A stretch of 64,000 nucleotides of DNA from positions 30,331-94,330 of the forward strand of contig DULJ01000061.1 of NCBI GenBank assembly GCA_012840465.1, read 5' to 3'. Within the stretch, counting starts at the first letter, position 1, and each line of letters starts with the position of its first letter. Below, in pieces: positions 18,666 to 27,461 of the stretch. The position numbers and the translations under genes are program-made. Under the pieces are notes generated by a model. That model was not told the DNA's origin and ran no database searches. It worked only from the letters and a program-made list of their open reading frames with translations. This stretch comes from Bacillales bacterium (lineage in GTDB: Bacteria; Bacillota; Bacilli; Bacillales; Bacillaceae_J).

Positions 18666-19031
18666 ATTCCCCCCTGGTTTATTCCTTTTGGTAGCCCAGC
18701 TATCAAAGTATTACTTAGACCTGTGGCTTTGCGTCCCTGTTTCGCAAGCAGGTTTGCCTTTTTCAAAGTATGGATTTTGATTATTGAACAAATGTTTCTG
18801 TTTTGTTTACTTAATAAGAAAAAAATTTATTGGACGCATCCTCCTTGTTGTATAAATTTATTAGTGCTTTCGTTTTAGTGAATTAGGGAATTTGTAATAG
18901 TTCATCTAATTTTACTATAGGTTTTCCGATTTATTGCCACTTTTTCAGGGTGAAATATCGACAAAATAAAACGTGCTAAGCCACATTTTTCTAATTCTTA
19001 TAAAGATATGATATCATTTTAAATAATACGT

Positions 19032-19553
19032 ATGAAGGAAAGGATGTATAACTTGTCTATTGAAAATGTAAAAGCTCATTTTAAAAAGTGGAATCGTGAA
19101 AAGGACGTTATGGAATTTGATACTTCCAGTGCAACGGTTGAGAAAGCCGCTGAAACAATTGGGGTTATTCCAGCACGAATTGCAAAAACTTTATCATTCA
19201 GGGGAGAGGATGATAAAGCGATATTAATTGTTGCTGCTGGCGATGCCAAAATCGACAACAAGAAATTCCGCCAGACATTTGGTTTCAAAGCTCGAATGCT
19301 TACACCAGATGAAGTTCTTGAACAAACAGGACATGCCATCGGTGGGGTGTGCCCGTTTGGATTAGCCAATAATTTGGATGTCTATCTCGACGTCTCCATG
19401 AAACGCTTCGAGACCGTTTTCCCAGCATGCGGAAGCGCGAACTCCGCAATTAAGTTAACGATTGAGGAATTAGTTCAGTATGCCTATGCCAAAAAGTGGG
19501 TTGATGTTTGCAAAGACTGGGAAAAAGATGGATTGGAAGAAGCAGCAGTGTAA
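19032..19553 (+). CDS. YbaK/EbsC-family aminoacyl-tRNA deacylase
   Basis: YbaK-type motifs (KTLSFRGE, GHAIGGVCPFG, ACGS). Confidence 0.8.
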   Translation: MKERMYNLSIENVKAHFKKWNREKDVMEFDTSSATVEKAAETIGVIPARIAKTLSFRGEDDKAILIVAAGDAKIDNKKFRQTFGFKARMLTPDEVLEQTGHAIGGVCPFGLANNLDVYLDVSMKRFETVFPACGSANSAIKLTIEELVQYAYAKKWVDVCKDWEKDGLEEAAV

Positions 19554-19588
19554 TGTTGCTGGGAAAAAGGCAGAGGAGGAGAGGACCA

Positions 19589-19864
19589 ATGTTTTCAATA
19601 ACCGATGTGGCCAAAACAGAATTACACGGAAGATTAAATGTATCAGAAACAAAAAAGTTCATACGCCTGCAACTCCGGTTCAGTTGTTTGGTAAAGCTGA
19701 AATTAACATTGGAAGATTCCATTCAGCCAAATGACGAAGAAATTACCATCGATGGACTGGATTTTATCATTGATAAAACACAACTCCATTACTTTAGCAA
19801 TAACCAAATTAATTATGTGCCGGATCAAACTGGATTTATGGAATTTGTTGCGGAAGCGGTTTAA
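19589..19864 (+). CDS. HesB/YadR/YfhF-family (IscA-like, Cys-less) small protein
   Basis: Start ATG 19589 behind GAGGAGGAG. The 91-aa product has an IscA-like fold pattern (ITDVAKTEL...IRL..., IDGLDFIID). Confidence 0.6.
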   Translation: MFSITDVAKTELHGRLNVSETKKFIRLQLRFSCLVKLKLTLEDSIQPNDEEITIDGLDFIIDKTQLHYFSNNQINYVPDQTGFMEFVAEAV

Positions 19865-19869
19865 TCAAT

Positions 19870-19918
19870 AGTGCCCCATAGGAAGTCATTTAAACGACTC
19901 CCTATAGGGCACTTTTTA
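19870..19918 (+). terminator. Rho-independent terminator
   Basis: AGTGCCCCATAGG-loop-CCCTATAGGGCACT followed by TTTTT. Confidence 0.8.
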
Positions 19919-20045
19919 CTTCTTCTTAAAGGCCGCCTAGTGAAAGTTCGTAGAAAATCTGTGCCGATTAATAAGAGAATAAATTCAATTTGTTCTTAAA
20001 AGAAAACATAATTATTAACTATTTATATAAAATAGTAAAACACGG

Positions 20046-20074
20046 TTGTAATAGTAGGTGATTCTATATATAAT
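20046..20074 (+). promoter_or_regulatory. Sigma-A promoter of the sortase-adhesin operon
   Basis: TTGTAA, 17-nt spacer, TATAAT. Same architecture as the lasso-cluster promoter at 25106. Confidence 0.55.
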
Positions 20075-20090
20075 GTTCTTTATAGGGAAC
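20075..20090. promoter_or_regulatory. SinR-type operator (inverted GTTCTYT heptads)
   Basis: GTTCTTTATAGGGAAC abuts the -10 element. Confidence 0.55.
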
Positions 20091-20145
20091 AACTGTCGAC
20101 AGTTTAGACTTACATAAAGCACACATTATATAAAAAAAGACACTT

Positions 20146-20161
20146 GTTCTTTAAAAAGAAT
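20146..20161. promoter_or_regulatory. SinR-type operator, second site
   Basis: GTTCTTTAAAAAGAAT in the leader. Confidence 0.45.
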
Positions 20162-20283
20162 AAGATATGAGTGCGAACCTATTCCTGCGGTGGTATGGAA
20201 GGTAAGCAAATCAGAAGGAATTAGAAGTTTGATCTTTTATCGTTTTTAAAAAAATCTAATTGAAAGGAGTTTCGGAATTTAAA

Positions 20284-20940
20284 GTGAAGATTTTGTTTTC
20301 AGCTTTATATTTATTTTTGAAAAACATGGGTTCTAGAAAAATAGCGACAATCTGTATTCTAAATGGCCTCATATTAATCTTATACCCTAGTGTAGAGGAC
20401 CGTGTATTTCAAAAAAAACAAGCTGAAGTATTGAAACAATGGGAAGACGATAAACAGATTACAAATCAGATTGACAATTTATCGACAACTGCTCAACCTA
20501 CCTCAAGTACTAAAAAAGAAATACCTGTCATGATTGATGGACACGAGGTGGTCGGTGTTATTTCTATCGATAACATTGATTTACAGTCACCAATCATTAA
20601 TGGTTCAGAAGAGCAATCGTTAAAGGTAGGAATTGGGGTGGTGGAACCTGACCGAAGTCCTGGAAACGTAAATAATTATGTTTTAGCCGGCCACAACAGT
20701 GCAACGTATGGAAAACATTTTAACCGTCTCAATGAGTTAGAAGTAAATGATCGAATCATCATTAAAACTATAAATAGTGACTACATCTATAAGGTTACTT
20801 CTATTTTTGTAGTGGATCAAGATAACCTTAGTGTTTTAGAGAATAGTAATTTAGCAGAGATAACGCTTATTACGTGCGAATATGATCGAAGGAAAAAACC
20901 GATATATCGACTGATTGTAAAAGGAACATTAGTAACATAA
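20284..20940 (+). CDS. Sortase (dedicated to the adjacent LPXTG protein)
   Basis: N-terminal TM, VLAGHN catalytic His region, ITLITCE catalytic Cys, C-terminal Arg (YRLIV). The start is uncertain (GTG 20284, TTG 20260 or ATG 20326). Confidence 0.85.
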   Translation: MKILFSALYLFLKNMGSRKIATICILNGLILILYPSVEDRVFQKKQAEVLKQWEDDKQITNQIDNLSTTAQPTSSTKKEIPVMIDGHEVVGVISIDNIDLQSPIINGSEEQSLKVGIGVVEPDRSPGNVNNYVLAGHNSATYGKHFNRLNELEVNDRIIIKTINSDYIYKVTSIFVVDQDNLSVLENSNLAEITLITCEYDRRKKPIYRLIVKGTLVT

Positions 20941-20958
20941 AAAAAGAGGTGAGAATAA

Positions 20959-23900
20959 ATGAATAAGCGAAATAACCCTATTCTGATTTGGATATTGATT
21001 CTTATGCTTATAACTCAAACTTTCGCACCGATAAGTATCGTATCCGCAACGGAATCAATAGGGGGTGAGGATAGTAGTATAATTGAATCAATATCGAATT
21101 CAACTGAAAATGATGTGGAAAATAGCGATACAAGCGCAAGTGAGAATGAGAATGAGAGTAGTGATAATATCTTAACTGAAAATGGGAAGAATGGGGATAG
21201 CTCTATTACTGTTGATCATGAAAATAGTGAGGAGGGTGACCGACAAGCTAGCGAGAGCGATGAAAATAGTAAGGAAAGCGACCAACCAGTTAACGAAAAC
21301 AATAAAATTAATGAAAAGGAGGATATTTATGTAGAGGCGGATATGCCACAAAAAGAGGAGAAAATACCACCTCTTGAACAACCTCCGGGACTCACGCCAT
21401 TTTTTCAATTAAATGGCGCTCCGCAGGTCATCCCTGAAAACTTGATTACACATGTTGTAATGAAGGATGGTGAAAATGGGAATCCGATCGAAGACATTCG
21501 ACCAGAACAAGGATCTAGGGTTTGGATTGAATATACATGGGCAGTTCAAGCAGGACATGAATATGGCGCAGGCTCTGTATTTACATTTAATCTCCCAGAT
21601 AAATTTAAAACTGGAATCCCGTTGTACGGAAAATTAACCGGTGAAGTTAATGCTGTGTATTTTGTTTCACCGGAAGGTCAAGTAACTTTCACGTTTAATG
21701 AAGAAATTGACGATAGCACAACTGGAAACTTTTTTGTTTGGAGAGAGCTTGATGAGAGCAAGTTTTCAGGGGGATTAAAGCAAGAGATTTTATTTCAGCA
21801 TGGAGAGTCAATCACTGTTCATTTTTTACCCAAAAAAGGCACGAATGAAATGTCTAAATCCGGTACAGCAGATAGAAACATGAATCCAAGTAAGATTGAC
21901 TGGGTTGTAGATTTTAACAAACATGAAAAAGAGATTCATAATGCTATCTTTCAAGATACTCTCCCGGACGGTTTAGAGATTGATTTGAATTCGATTGAAG
22001 TATATGAGTTAGAGGTGCAATTGGATGGAACTGTCATACAAGGTGCTCCATATGGAAGTTTAATACGAAGTCTACGTGATAACGGTGGTGGATTTAAGCT
22101 TACCTTTATTGATAGTCCAATTAATAAGGCTTATCGCGTGAAGTATACAACTAACGTAAAGCCGATACTCGAAGCTCCTTATTTGGCTACTTTCAAAAAT
22201 AACGCATTTGTTTCAGGAAACGAAAATCCAAATTTAATGGCCGATGCTTATACAGTAAAAGTCGAATTTATCAAGCCTTTGGGTAAATCGGCAAACCATT
22301 ATGATACCACCACACAAACAATTACCTGGGCGATTCAATACAACTACAATGAACAAGTGATTGAACAAAGTAATGCGTGGGTTGTGGATACATTTGATAC
22401 GACTCCTCAAAAGCTAGTGGATAACTCATTTGAAGTATATGAAATGAAAATTGGTAATGATGGAAAAGCAACGAGAAAAACCGGAAAAAAACTAAGTAAA
22501 GGTACTGATTATGATGTTGTTGGAGAAAGCAGTGGATTTAAATTATATTTTAAAAATCAAATTAGCTCGGCTTACGAAATTTTCTACAAAACAACAGCCA
22601 TCGATCGGGTCTATGATGATGTAGACATTGTAAATATAGTAAAGATGCATGAGGGCACAGAAGTAACAGTAACAAGAAAGATTGGTCAAGTGATTTTTTC
22701 AAAAAGCTTTGTTGGAATTGATTACAATAAAGATACTATTACATGGAAAATTAGTGTAAATGGTGACAAAAAAACGATGAAAAGTGTCATCATTACAGAT
22801 TGCTATAAAAATGAAGGCTTAATCTTACAACCTGATAGTATAACAATTCCAGGCTTAACGAAGGGCACGGATTATACTGTAGTTGCAAAGCCCACATATG
22901 ACGAAGGATTTATTATTACGTTCCAAAACGATATAACAACTAATCACGATATAACGTACGAAACGACATATAATCCTACTCAATATACTCCTACAGCTAT
23001 AAAAACTATATCATATAAAAATACAGCAACAATAGAATGGAAGGAGGGAGATACTTCTCAGATTCCAATTACTAAAACTGCAACTGCAAATTTGAATAAT
23101 GACACGAAACGAAATGGAGTGAAAACCGCAAGCTACAATGTCCAAACAAAGGAAATAACTTGGACCGTTGATGTGAATTATAATCGCCACGTAATCAAGA
23201 ATGCAGTTGTTAAAGATATTTATACGGGAGACCAAACATTCCTGCTTGAATCGTTGACTGTTAATAAATTAACGATTGAAGCTAATGGTACTAAAACGGT
23301 TGATGCTCCACATATCGTCAATGACGGCGATCTCACTCCTGTCGAAGTAGAGGGCAAAGTCCAAGGCTTTACATTAAAGCTTGGTGATATTAATTCTGCT
23401 TATCGAATTACGTATAAAACGAGCCTTGATAAACATCCTGTAGCTAAACAATATTCAAATAAAGCCCTATTGTACGCTGCAAGTGATCCCGATAATTTAT
23501 TGTTTAATGAATCTGCTACTGTCGAACCAATATATGGTGGGGAATATATAAACAAGTCAGGTAGTCAAGGTAATGGTGCAGAGGCAGAATTCGCCTATTG
23601 GACTGTTAATATTAATCGCAGTCAATCCAGTATAGATGGTGCTAAGGTAACTGATATATTGTCATCGAATCAAATATTAGATAAGGACTCTGTTACATTG
23701 TATACAACAACTGTGGCAGCTGACGGTAAGATAACGAAAGCAGCTCCTGCGGTTGAATCACTATACACGGTGATGGTTAACGGTAACGAATTGACAGTAA
23801 TTTTTAACGAGGCTATTGATAGACCTTATATTTTAGAATATAAGTCGTTTATCAATGCTGGAGATAAAGAGGAAATCAGCAACCATGTTACACTTACAGG

Positions 23901-24939
23901 CCAATCCACCGGAATAGTTAACGAAAAAGATGAGATTCGGGTTCCCGTATACTTTGCAGGGGCAGGAGGAAGTGCTTCTCAAAATAAAGGAAGCATTAAA
24001 ATTATCAAAGTTGATGCCAATACGAAGGCTCCTTTAGCAGGTGCTGTTTTTGAACTTTACGACAAAACAGGGAATACACTTCTGGAATCAATTACGACAG
24101 ACGTAAAGGGGGAGGCGGTATTTAAAGGGTATAGATACGGAGCTTATCAGCTGAAGGAAAAGGTTGCACCAAATGGCTACGCCATCACTGCTGAGTATAA
24201 GGATGGTAAAGAAATTAAGCTTAATAAAGAGGTCATTGAAATTACAGTTGAGAATAAAGAACTTAAGCAGGGCTTTACATTAACAAAGATTGATAAAGAG
24301 GAGCCAACGAAAACATTAGCAGGTGCAACCTTTAAGCTACAGAAAAAAGTGGAGGGTGGAACCTACGAAGATATAGAGGAGCTAACAACGAATGCAGCTG
24401 GAATCATTGCAAAAGGTGAAGTAACACCGGGTGCTTATCAATTAATTGAAACAATAGCTCCAAAAGGCTATAAACTAGATCCAACACCAATACCATTTAC
24501 TATTGTGTCTAATCAGATAAAGATTATTGTATTAGAAAGTAAAAATGAAAAATTAACAATGACAAACGATAAAAAGCGTTCAGGCGGAAGTTCATCATCT
24601 GATTCACCAGGGGATAAAAATCCAAAACCAAAAGAAGATCCAAAAAATAATGAGGAAGAGACACCCGATGAACCTGGGAAAGAAATAGTAGACCCCGACC
24701 AAGATCATACTAATACTAATCATCTAGACGGTCAACCAGTGGATCCAATCAATCAAAAAGAAAGTCCAAAAATACTTGATCCAATTAACAATAATCCTAG
24801 TACAAACGAACAACCTACTAAACGTATCCTACCCCAAACTGGGGAATATTCATCAAAACTACCTTGGATTGGTTTGGTACTTTGTTTAATTGGGATCGCA
24901 CTTTGGATTAGACGAAGCAGATGGTTCACCAAAGAATAG
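20959..24939 (+). CDS. LPXTG-anchored collagen-adhesin-like surface protein (acidic N-terminus, repeated Cna-A-like modules, two CnaB/SpaA-fold domains)
   Basis: Signal peptide. The module marker TW.(I/V)..NYN recurs (TWAIQYNYNEQ, TWKISVNGDKK, TWTVDVNYNRH, YWTVNINRSQ). CnaB-like segments GSIKIIKVDANTKAPLAGAVFEL and GFTLTKIDKEEPTKTLAGATFKL. Pro/Asp/Asn-rich stalk, then LPQTGE + TM + RRSRW. Confidence 0.85.
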   Translation: MNKRNNPILIWILILMLITQTFAPISIVSATESIGGEDSSIIESISNSTENDVENSDTSASENENESSDNILTENGKNGDSSITVDHENSEEGDRQASESDENSKESDQPVNENNKINEKEDIYVEADMPQKEEKIPPLEQPPGLTPFFQLNGAPQVIPENLITHVVMKDGENGNPIEDIRPEQGSRVWIEYTWAVQAGHEYGAGSVFTFNLPDKFKTGIPLYGKLTGEVNAVYFVSPEGQVTFTFNEEIDDSTTGNFFVWRELDESKFSGGLKQEILFQHGESITVHFLPKKGTNEMSKSGTADRNMNPSKIDWVVDFNKHEKEIHNAIFQDTLPDGLEIDLNSIEVYELEVQLDGTVIQGAPYGSLIRSLRDNGGGFKLTFIDSPINKAYRVKYTTNVKPILEAPYLATFKNNAFVSGNENPNLMADAYTVKVEFIKPLGKSANHYDTTTQTITWAIQYNYNEQVIEQSNAWVVDTFDTTPQKLVDNSFEVYEMKIGNDGKATRKTGKKLSKGTDYDVVGESSGFKLYFKNQISSAYEIFYKTTAIDRVYDDVDIVNIVKMHEGTEVTVTRKIGQVIFSKSFVGIDYNKDTITWKISVNGDKKTMKSVIITDCYKNEGLILQPDSITIPGLTKGTDYTVVAKPTYDEGFIITFQNDITTNHDITYETTYNPTQYTPTAIKTISYKNTATIEWKEGDTSQIPITKTATANLNNDTKRNGVKTASYNVQTKEITWTVDVNYNRHVIKNAVVKDIYTGDQTFLLESLTVNKLTIEANGTKTVDAPHIVNDGDLTPVEVEGKVQGFTLKLGDINSAYRITYKTSLDKHPVAKQYSNKALLYAASDPDNLLFNESATVEPIYGGEYINKSGSQGNGAEAEFAYWTVNINRSQSSIDGAKVTDILSSNQILDKDSVTLYTTTVAADGKITKAAPAVESLYTVMVNGNELTVIFNEAIDRPYILEYKSFINAGDKEEISNHVTLTGQSTGIVNEKDEIRVPVYFAGAGGSASQNKGSIKIIKVDANTKAPLAGAVFELYDKTGNTLLESITTDVKGEAVFKGYRYGAYQLKEKVAPNGYAITAEYKDGKEIKLNKEVIEITVENKELKQGFTLTKIDKEEPTKTLAGATFKLQKKVEGGTYEDIEELTTNAAGIIAKGEVTPGAYQLIETIAPKGYKLDPTPIPFTIVSNQIKIIVLESKNEKLTMTNDKKRSGGSSSSDSPGDKNPKPKEDPKNNEEETPDEPGKEIVDPDQDHTNTNHLDGQPVDPINQKESPKILDPINNNPSTNEQPTKRILPQTGEYSSKLPWIGLVLCLIGIALWIRRSRWFTKE

Positions 24940-24955
24940 CTGTATCATAAATAAT

Positions 24956-25009
24956 CCTCCTTATACGTGTCTGTTTCAAACGCTGACACCCTGTAAGGAG
25001 GCTGTTTTT
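24956..25009 (+). terminator. Rho-independent terminator
   Basis: CCTCCTTATACGTGTC ... GACACCCTGTAAGGAGG followed by CTGTTTTT. Confidence 0.7.
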
Positions 25010-25105
25010 ATATCTATCCATTGTAATAGTATCATTGATAAATTGCGGCCGGAACAAGATTATAAAAAGTCAAAAATTTAATTAACAAAATACTAAAAAT
25101 AGTAG

Positions 25106-25134
25106 TTGAAATGTTAGGGAACTTCACGTAATAT
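25106..25134 (+). promoter_or_regulatory. Sigma-A promoter of the lasso peptide operon
   Basis: TTGAAA, 17-nt spacer, TAATAT. Confidence 0.55.
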
Positions 25135-25150
25135 ATTCTTTATAAAGAAC
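25135..25150. promoter_or_regulatory. SinR-type operator
   Basis: ATTCTTTATAAAGAAC directly after the -10 element. Confidence 0.55.
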
Positions 25151-25287
25151 AAAATTAGTTAATATTGACTATATAGAGTACGAAGGTGTTTTAAATATAG
25201 AATAATTTGCCACTCTATAGGACGAAAAAACGAGATTAGGAACATGCTGCTACGGCGGTATGAAAGGGAAACAAAGCAGGAGGAATT

Positions 25288-27219
25288 ATGAGTGCAATAG
25301 TTGGGATCTATCAAATGAATAATGAACCGGTATCGTCTGAACACGGAACTCAAATGATGAAAGCTCTAGAAAAATTTCCAGCGGATGATATTCAAGTATG
25401 GAAAAAAGAGAATATCTTTCTAGGATGCCATGCCCAATGGATTACTCCAGAGTCGATTGGAGAGCAATTGCCGTATTATGATGATCAGAGACAATTAGCG
25501 ATAACAGCTGATGCCATCATTGATAATCGTGATGAATTGTTTTCCATGCTTCAAGTCGATTATGAAGATCGAAAAACGATGCCTGATAGCCAATTAATTC
25601 TGCTTGCCTATTCCAAATGGGGTGAAGAGACACCGAAGTATTTGGTTGGGGATTTTGCATTTATGATTTGGGATGAACGGGAGCAAAAGCTGTTTGGTGC
25701 TCGGGATTTTTCAGGAGCAAGGACGCTTTACTTTTTCAAAAATGAACAAAGATTTTCGTTTTCTACGACAATTAAATCATTACTTACATTGCCTTATATT
25801 GAAAAAAAATTAAATGAACAGTGGATTGCAGAGTTTTTGGCAAATCCGGGGATGTTTGAGTCTCTTGATACATCGTCAACAGTGTATAACAGTATTCAAC
25901 AATTGTCTCCATCCCATTCTTTAACGATTGTGAATGGGAACATGTCATTAAAAAGATATTGCCATTTATATGAAGGAAAAAAACTAAAATTAAAATCAAA
26001 TGATGAATATGTAGAGGCATTTCGTGAAGTGTTTCAAAATACTGTTCGATCAAAGATGCGTACCCGTATGAAAGTAGGAGGCCATTTAAGTGGGGGGCTT
26101 GATTCTGGGTCAGTTGCTGCTTTTGCAGCTAAAGAGTTAAGAAAGAAAGGTCAACAGCTTCATACCTTTAGCTATGTACCCGTTGCTGATTTTGTTGATT
26201 GGACACATAAAAGCAGGATTGCGAATGAAAAACCATTAATTGAATCCACAGTAAATTATGTTGGGAATATCTCGCCAAACTATTTGAGCTTGCCGGAAAG
26301 AAACCCTTATTCGGAAATTGATGAATGGGTAGAAACAATGGAGACGCCTTATAAATTCTTCGAAAATACATTTTGGCTAAGGGGAATTTATGAAGAGGCT
26401 AGCCAACAGGGGGTTGGAGTCTTATTAAACGGGCAAAGAGGGAATTGGACAATATCATGGGGTCCAGTTTTTGACTATTATGCTCTTTTAATCAAAAAAA
26501 TGAAGTGGATCAGCCTTAACCAACAAATGAAAGAATATATGCATAAGGCTGGTACGGGAAGAAGGCGTATTTTATCTACAGTAAATAGAAAACTAATGCC
26601 TTTTATTTATGAAAGGACGATTGACAAAAACTCAGACTTTCCTATGTTTTTTAATCGGAACTTGGCGCTAAGAACAAATGTATTGGAAAAACTGAACGAG
26701 CATGGCATTGATCCTAGAGGTAGAATAGGGCCAAATTCATATAAAATAAGAAATGATCAGTTTCAACACTTATACTATTGGCTTAATACTGGTACATATG
26801 GGTCTAAGCTGTCATTGCGCTATGGAATAGTAGACCGCGATCCAACCAATGATTTACGTGTCATTCGTTTTTGTTTATCCGTTCCAGATGAGCAATTTGT
26901 TTTGAATGGATTTGATCGGGCTTTAATTAGAAGAGCGACAGAAGGATATTTACCTGATGATATACGCTTGAATATGCTTAGGAGAGGTGTCCAAGGTGCT
27001 GATGGTGTTCATCGAATGAAACTAGTTTGGGGAAAATTTCTGGATGAATGTAACGAGTTAAAAGGCGAACCCCTAATAAAGGAATTTTTGGACATCAATG
27101 TAATAGAAAAATGCATCAATCTTATGAAGAATGATCCAAAGCCTGAATTTGCATTTGCATTTGAATTTAAAGTTCTAATGAGAAGTTTGATCTTCTATCG
27201 ATTTTTAAAAAGTTTTTAA
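25288..27219 (+). CDS. Lasso peptide cyclase (asparagine synthetase B homolog, C protein)
   Basis: AsnB-like protein with N-terminus MSAIVG (no catalytic Cys2, as I recall is typical of lasso cyclases). PP-loop HLSGGLDSGS. Lies directly upstream of a lasso-type precursor. Confidence 0.85.
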   Translation: MSAIVGIYQMNNEPVSSEHGTQMMKALEKFPADDIQVWKKENIFLGCHAQWITPESIGEQLPYYDDQRQLAITADAIIDNRDELFSMLQVDYEDRKTMPDSQLILLAYSKWGEETPKYLVGDFAFMIWDEREQKLFGARDFSGARTLYFFKNEQRFSFSTTIKSLLTLPYIEKKLNEQWIAEFLANPGMFESLDTSSTVYNSIQQLSPSHSLTIVNGNMSLKRYCHLYEGKKLKLKSNDEYVEAFREVFQNTVRSKMRTRMKVGGHLSGGLDSGSVAAFAAKELRKKGQQLHTFSYVPVADFVDWTHKSRIANEKPLIESTVNYVGNISPNYLSLPERNPYSEIDEWVETMETPYKFFENTFWLRGIYEEASQQGVGVLLNGQRGNWTISWGPVFDYYALLIKKMKWISLNQQMKEYMHKAGTGRRRILSTVNRKLMPFIYERTIDKNSDFPMFFNRNLALRTNVLEKLNEHGIDPRGRIGPNSYKIRNDQFQHLYYWLNTGTYGSKLSLRYGIVDRDPTNDLRVIRFCLSVPDEQFVLNGFDRALIRRATEGYLPDDIRLNMLRRGVQGADGVHRMKLVWGKFLDECNELKGEPLIKEFLDINVIEKCINLMKNDPKPEFAFAFEFKVLMRSLIFYRFLKSF

Positions 27220-27238
27220 CTGAAGGGAGGTGACAAAA

Positions 27239-27364
27239 ATGAAAAAGAATTGGCAGAAACCAGAATTAGAAGTGCTGGATGTTAATATGACAATGGCTGG
27301 GCCAGGGCATAGAATTCCTGATGCCATACAGCCTGATCCAGATGATCCTGTTAAATATAGTTAA
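27239..27364 (+). CDS. Lasso peptide precursor, paeninodin-type (41 aa, not in the ORF track)
   Basis: GGGAGG lies 7 nt upstream. Product: MKKNWQKPELEVLDVNMTM-AGPGHRIPDAIQPDPDDPVKYS. Thr is at -2. In the core, A1 and D9 can form a 9-residue macrolactam. C-terminal Ser. Confidence 0.8.
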   Translation: MKKNWQKPELEVLDVNMTMAGPGHRIPDAIQPDPDDPVKYS

Positions 27365-27392
27365 GTCTTAAGTTTTTATTAATTTACTTAGG

Positions 27393-27430
27393 TTAACGCC
27401 CTCGTACTATCTTTGTGGTGAGGGCGTTAA
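27393..27430 (+). promoter_or_regulatory. Stem-loop after the precursor gene (partial terminator / transcript-stabilising hairpin)
   Basis: TTAACGCCCTC-16 nt-GAGGGCGTTAA with no T-tract. Confidence 0.5.
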
Positions 27431-27461
27431 GAATCAAGAACATTGGAGGCATTATGTAAGG

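Noticed and set aside
18621-18878. 85-aa plus-strand ORF in the sinI upstream region.
   Set aside because: It has no RBS and an odd composition, and it is antisense to the much better supported sinI ORF and its RBS.
19508-19588. Longer start of the HesB-like ORF overlapping the end of the YbaK gene, together with the overlapping ORFs 19450..19722(-), 19470..19652(-) and 19480..19734(+).
   Set aside because: A strong GAGGAGGAG RBS precedes ATG 19589. The other frames lack an RBS and look like shadow ORFs.
20161-20260. Possible c-di-GMP riboswitch in the leader of the sortase/collagen-adhesin operon, by analogy with Bacillus cereus-group adhesin genes.
   Set aside because: I could not find the GEMM-I hallmarks (GGCAAA tetraloop-receptor region, GACGCAAAGCC) or the class II conserved blocks. 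The segment is better explained as a copy of the lasso-cluster leader fused to the 3-prime end of a deleted cyclase gene. A cmscan would settle it.
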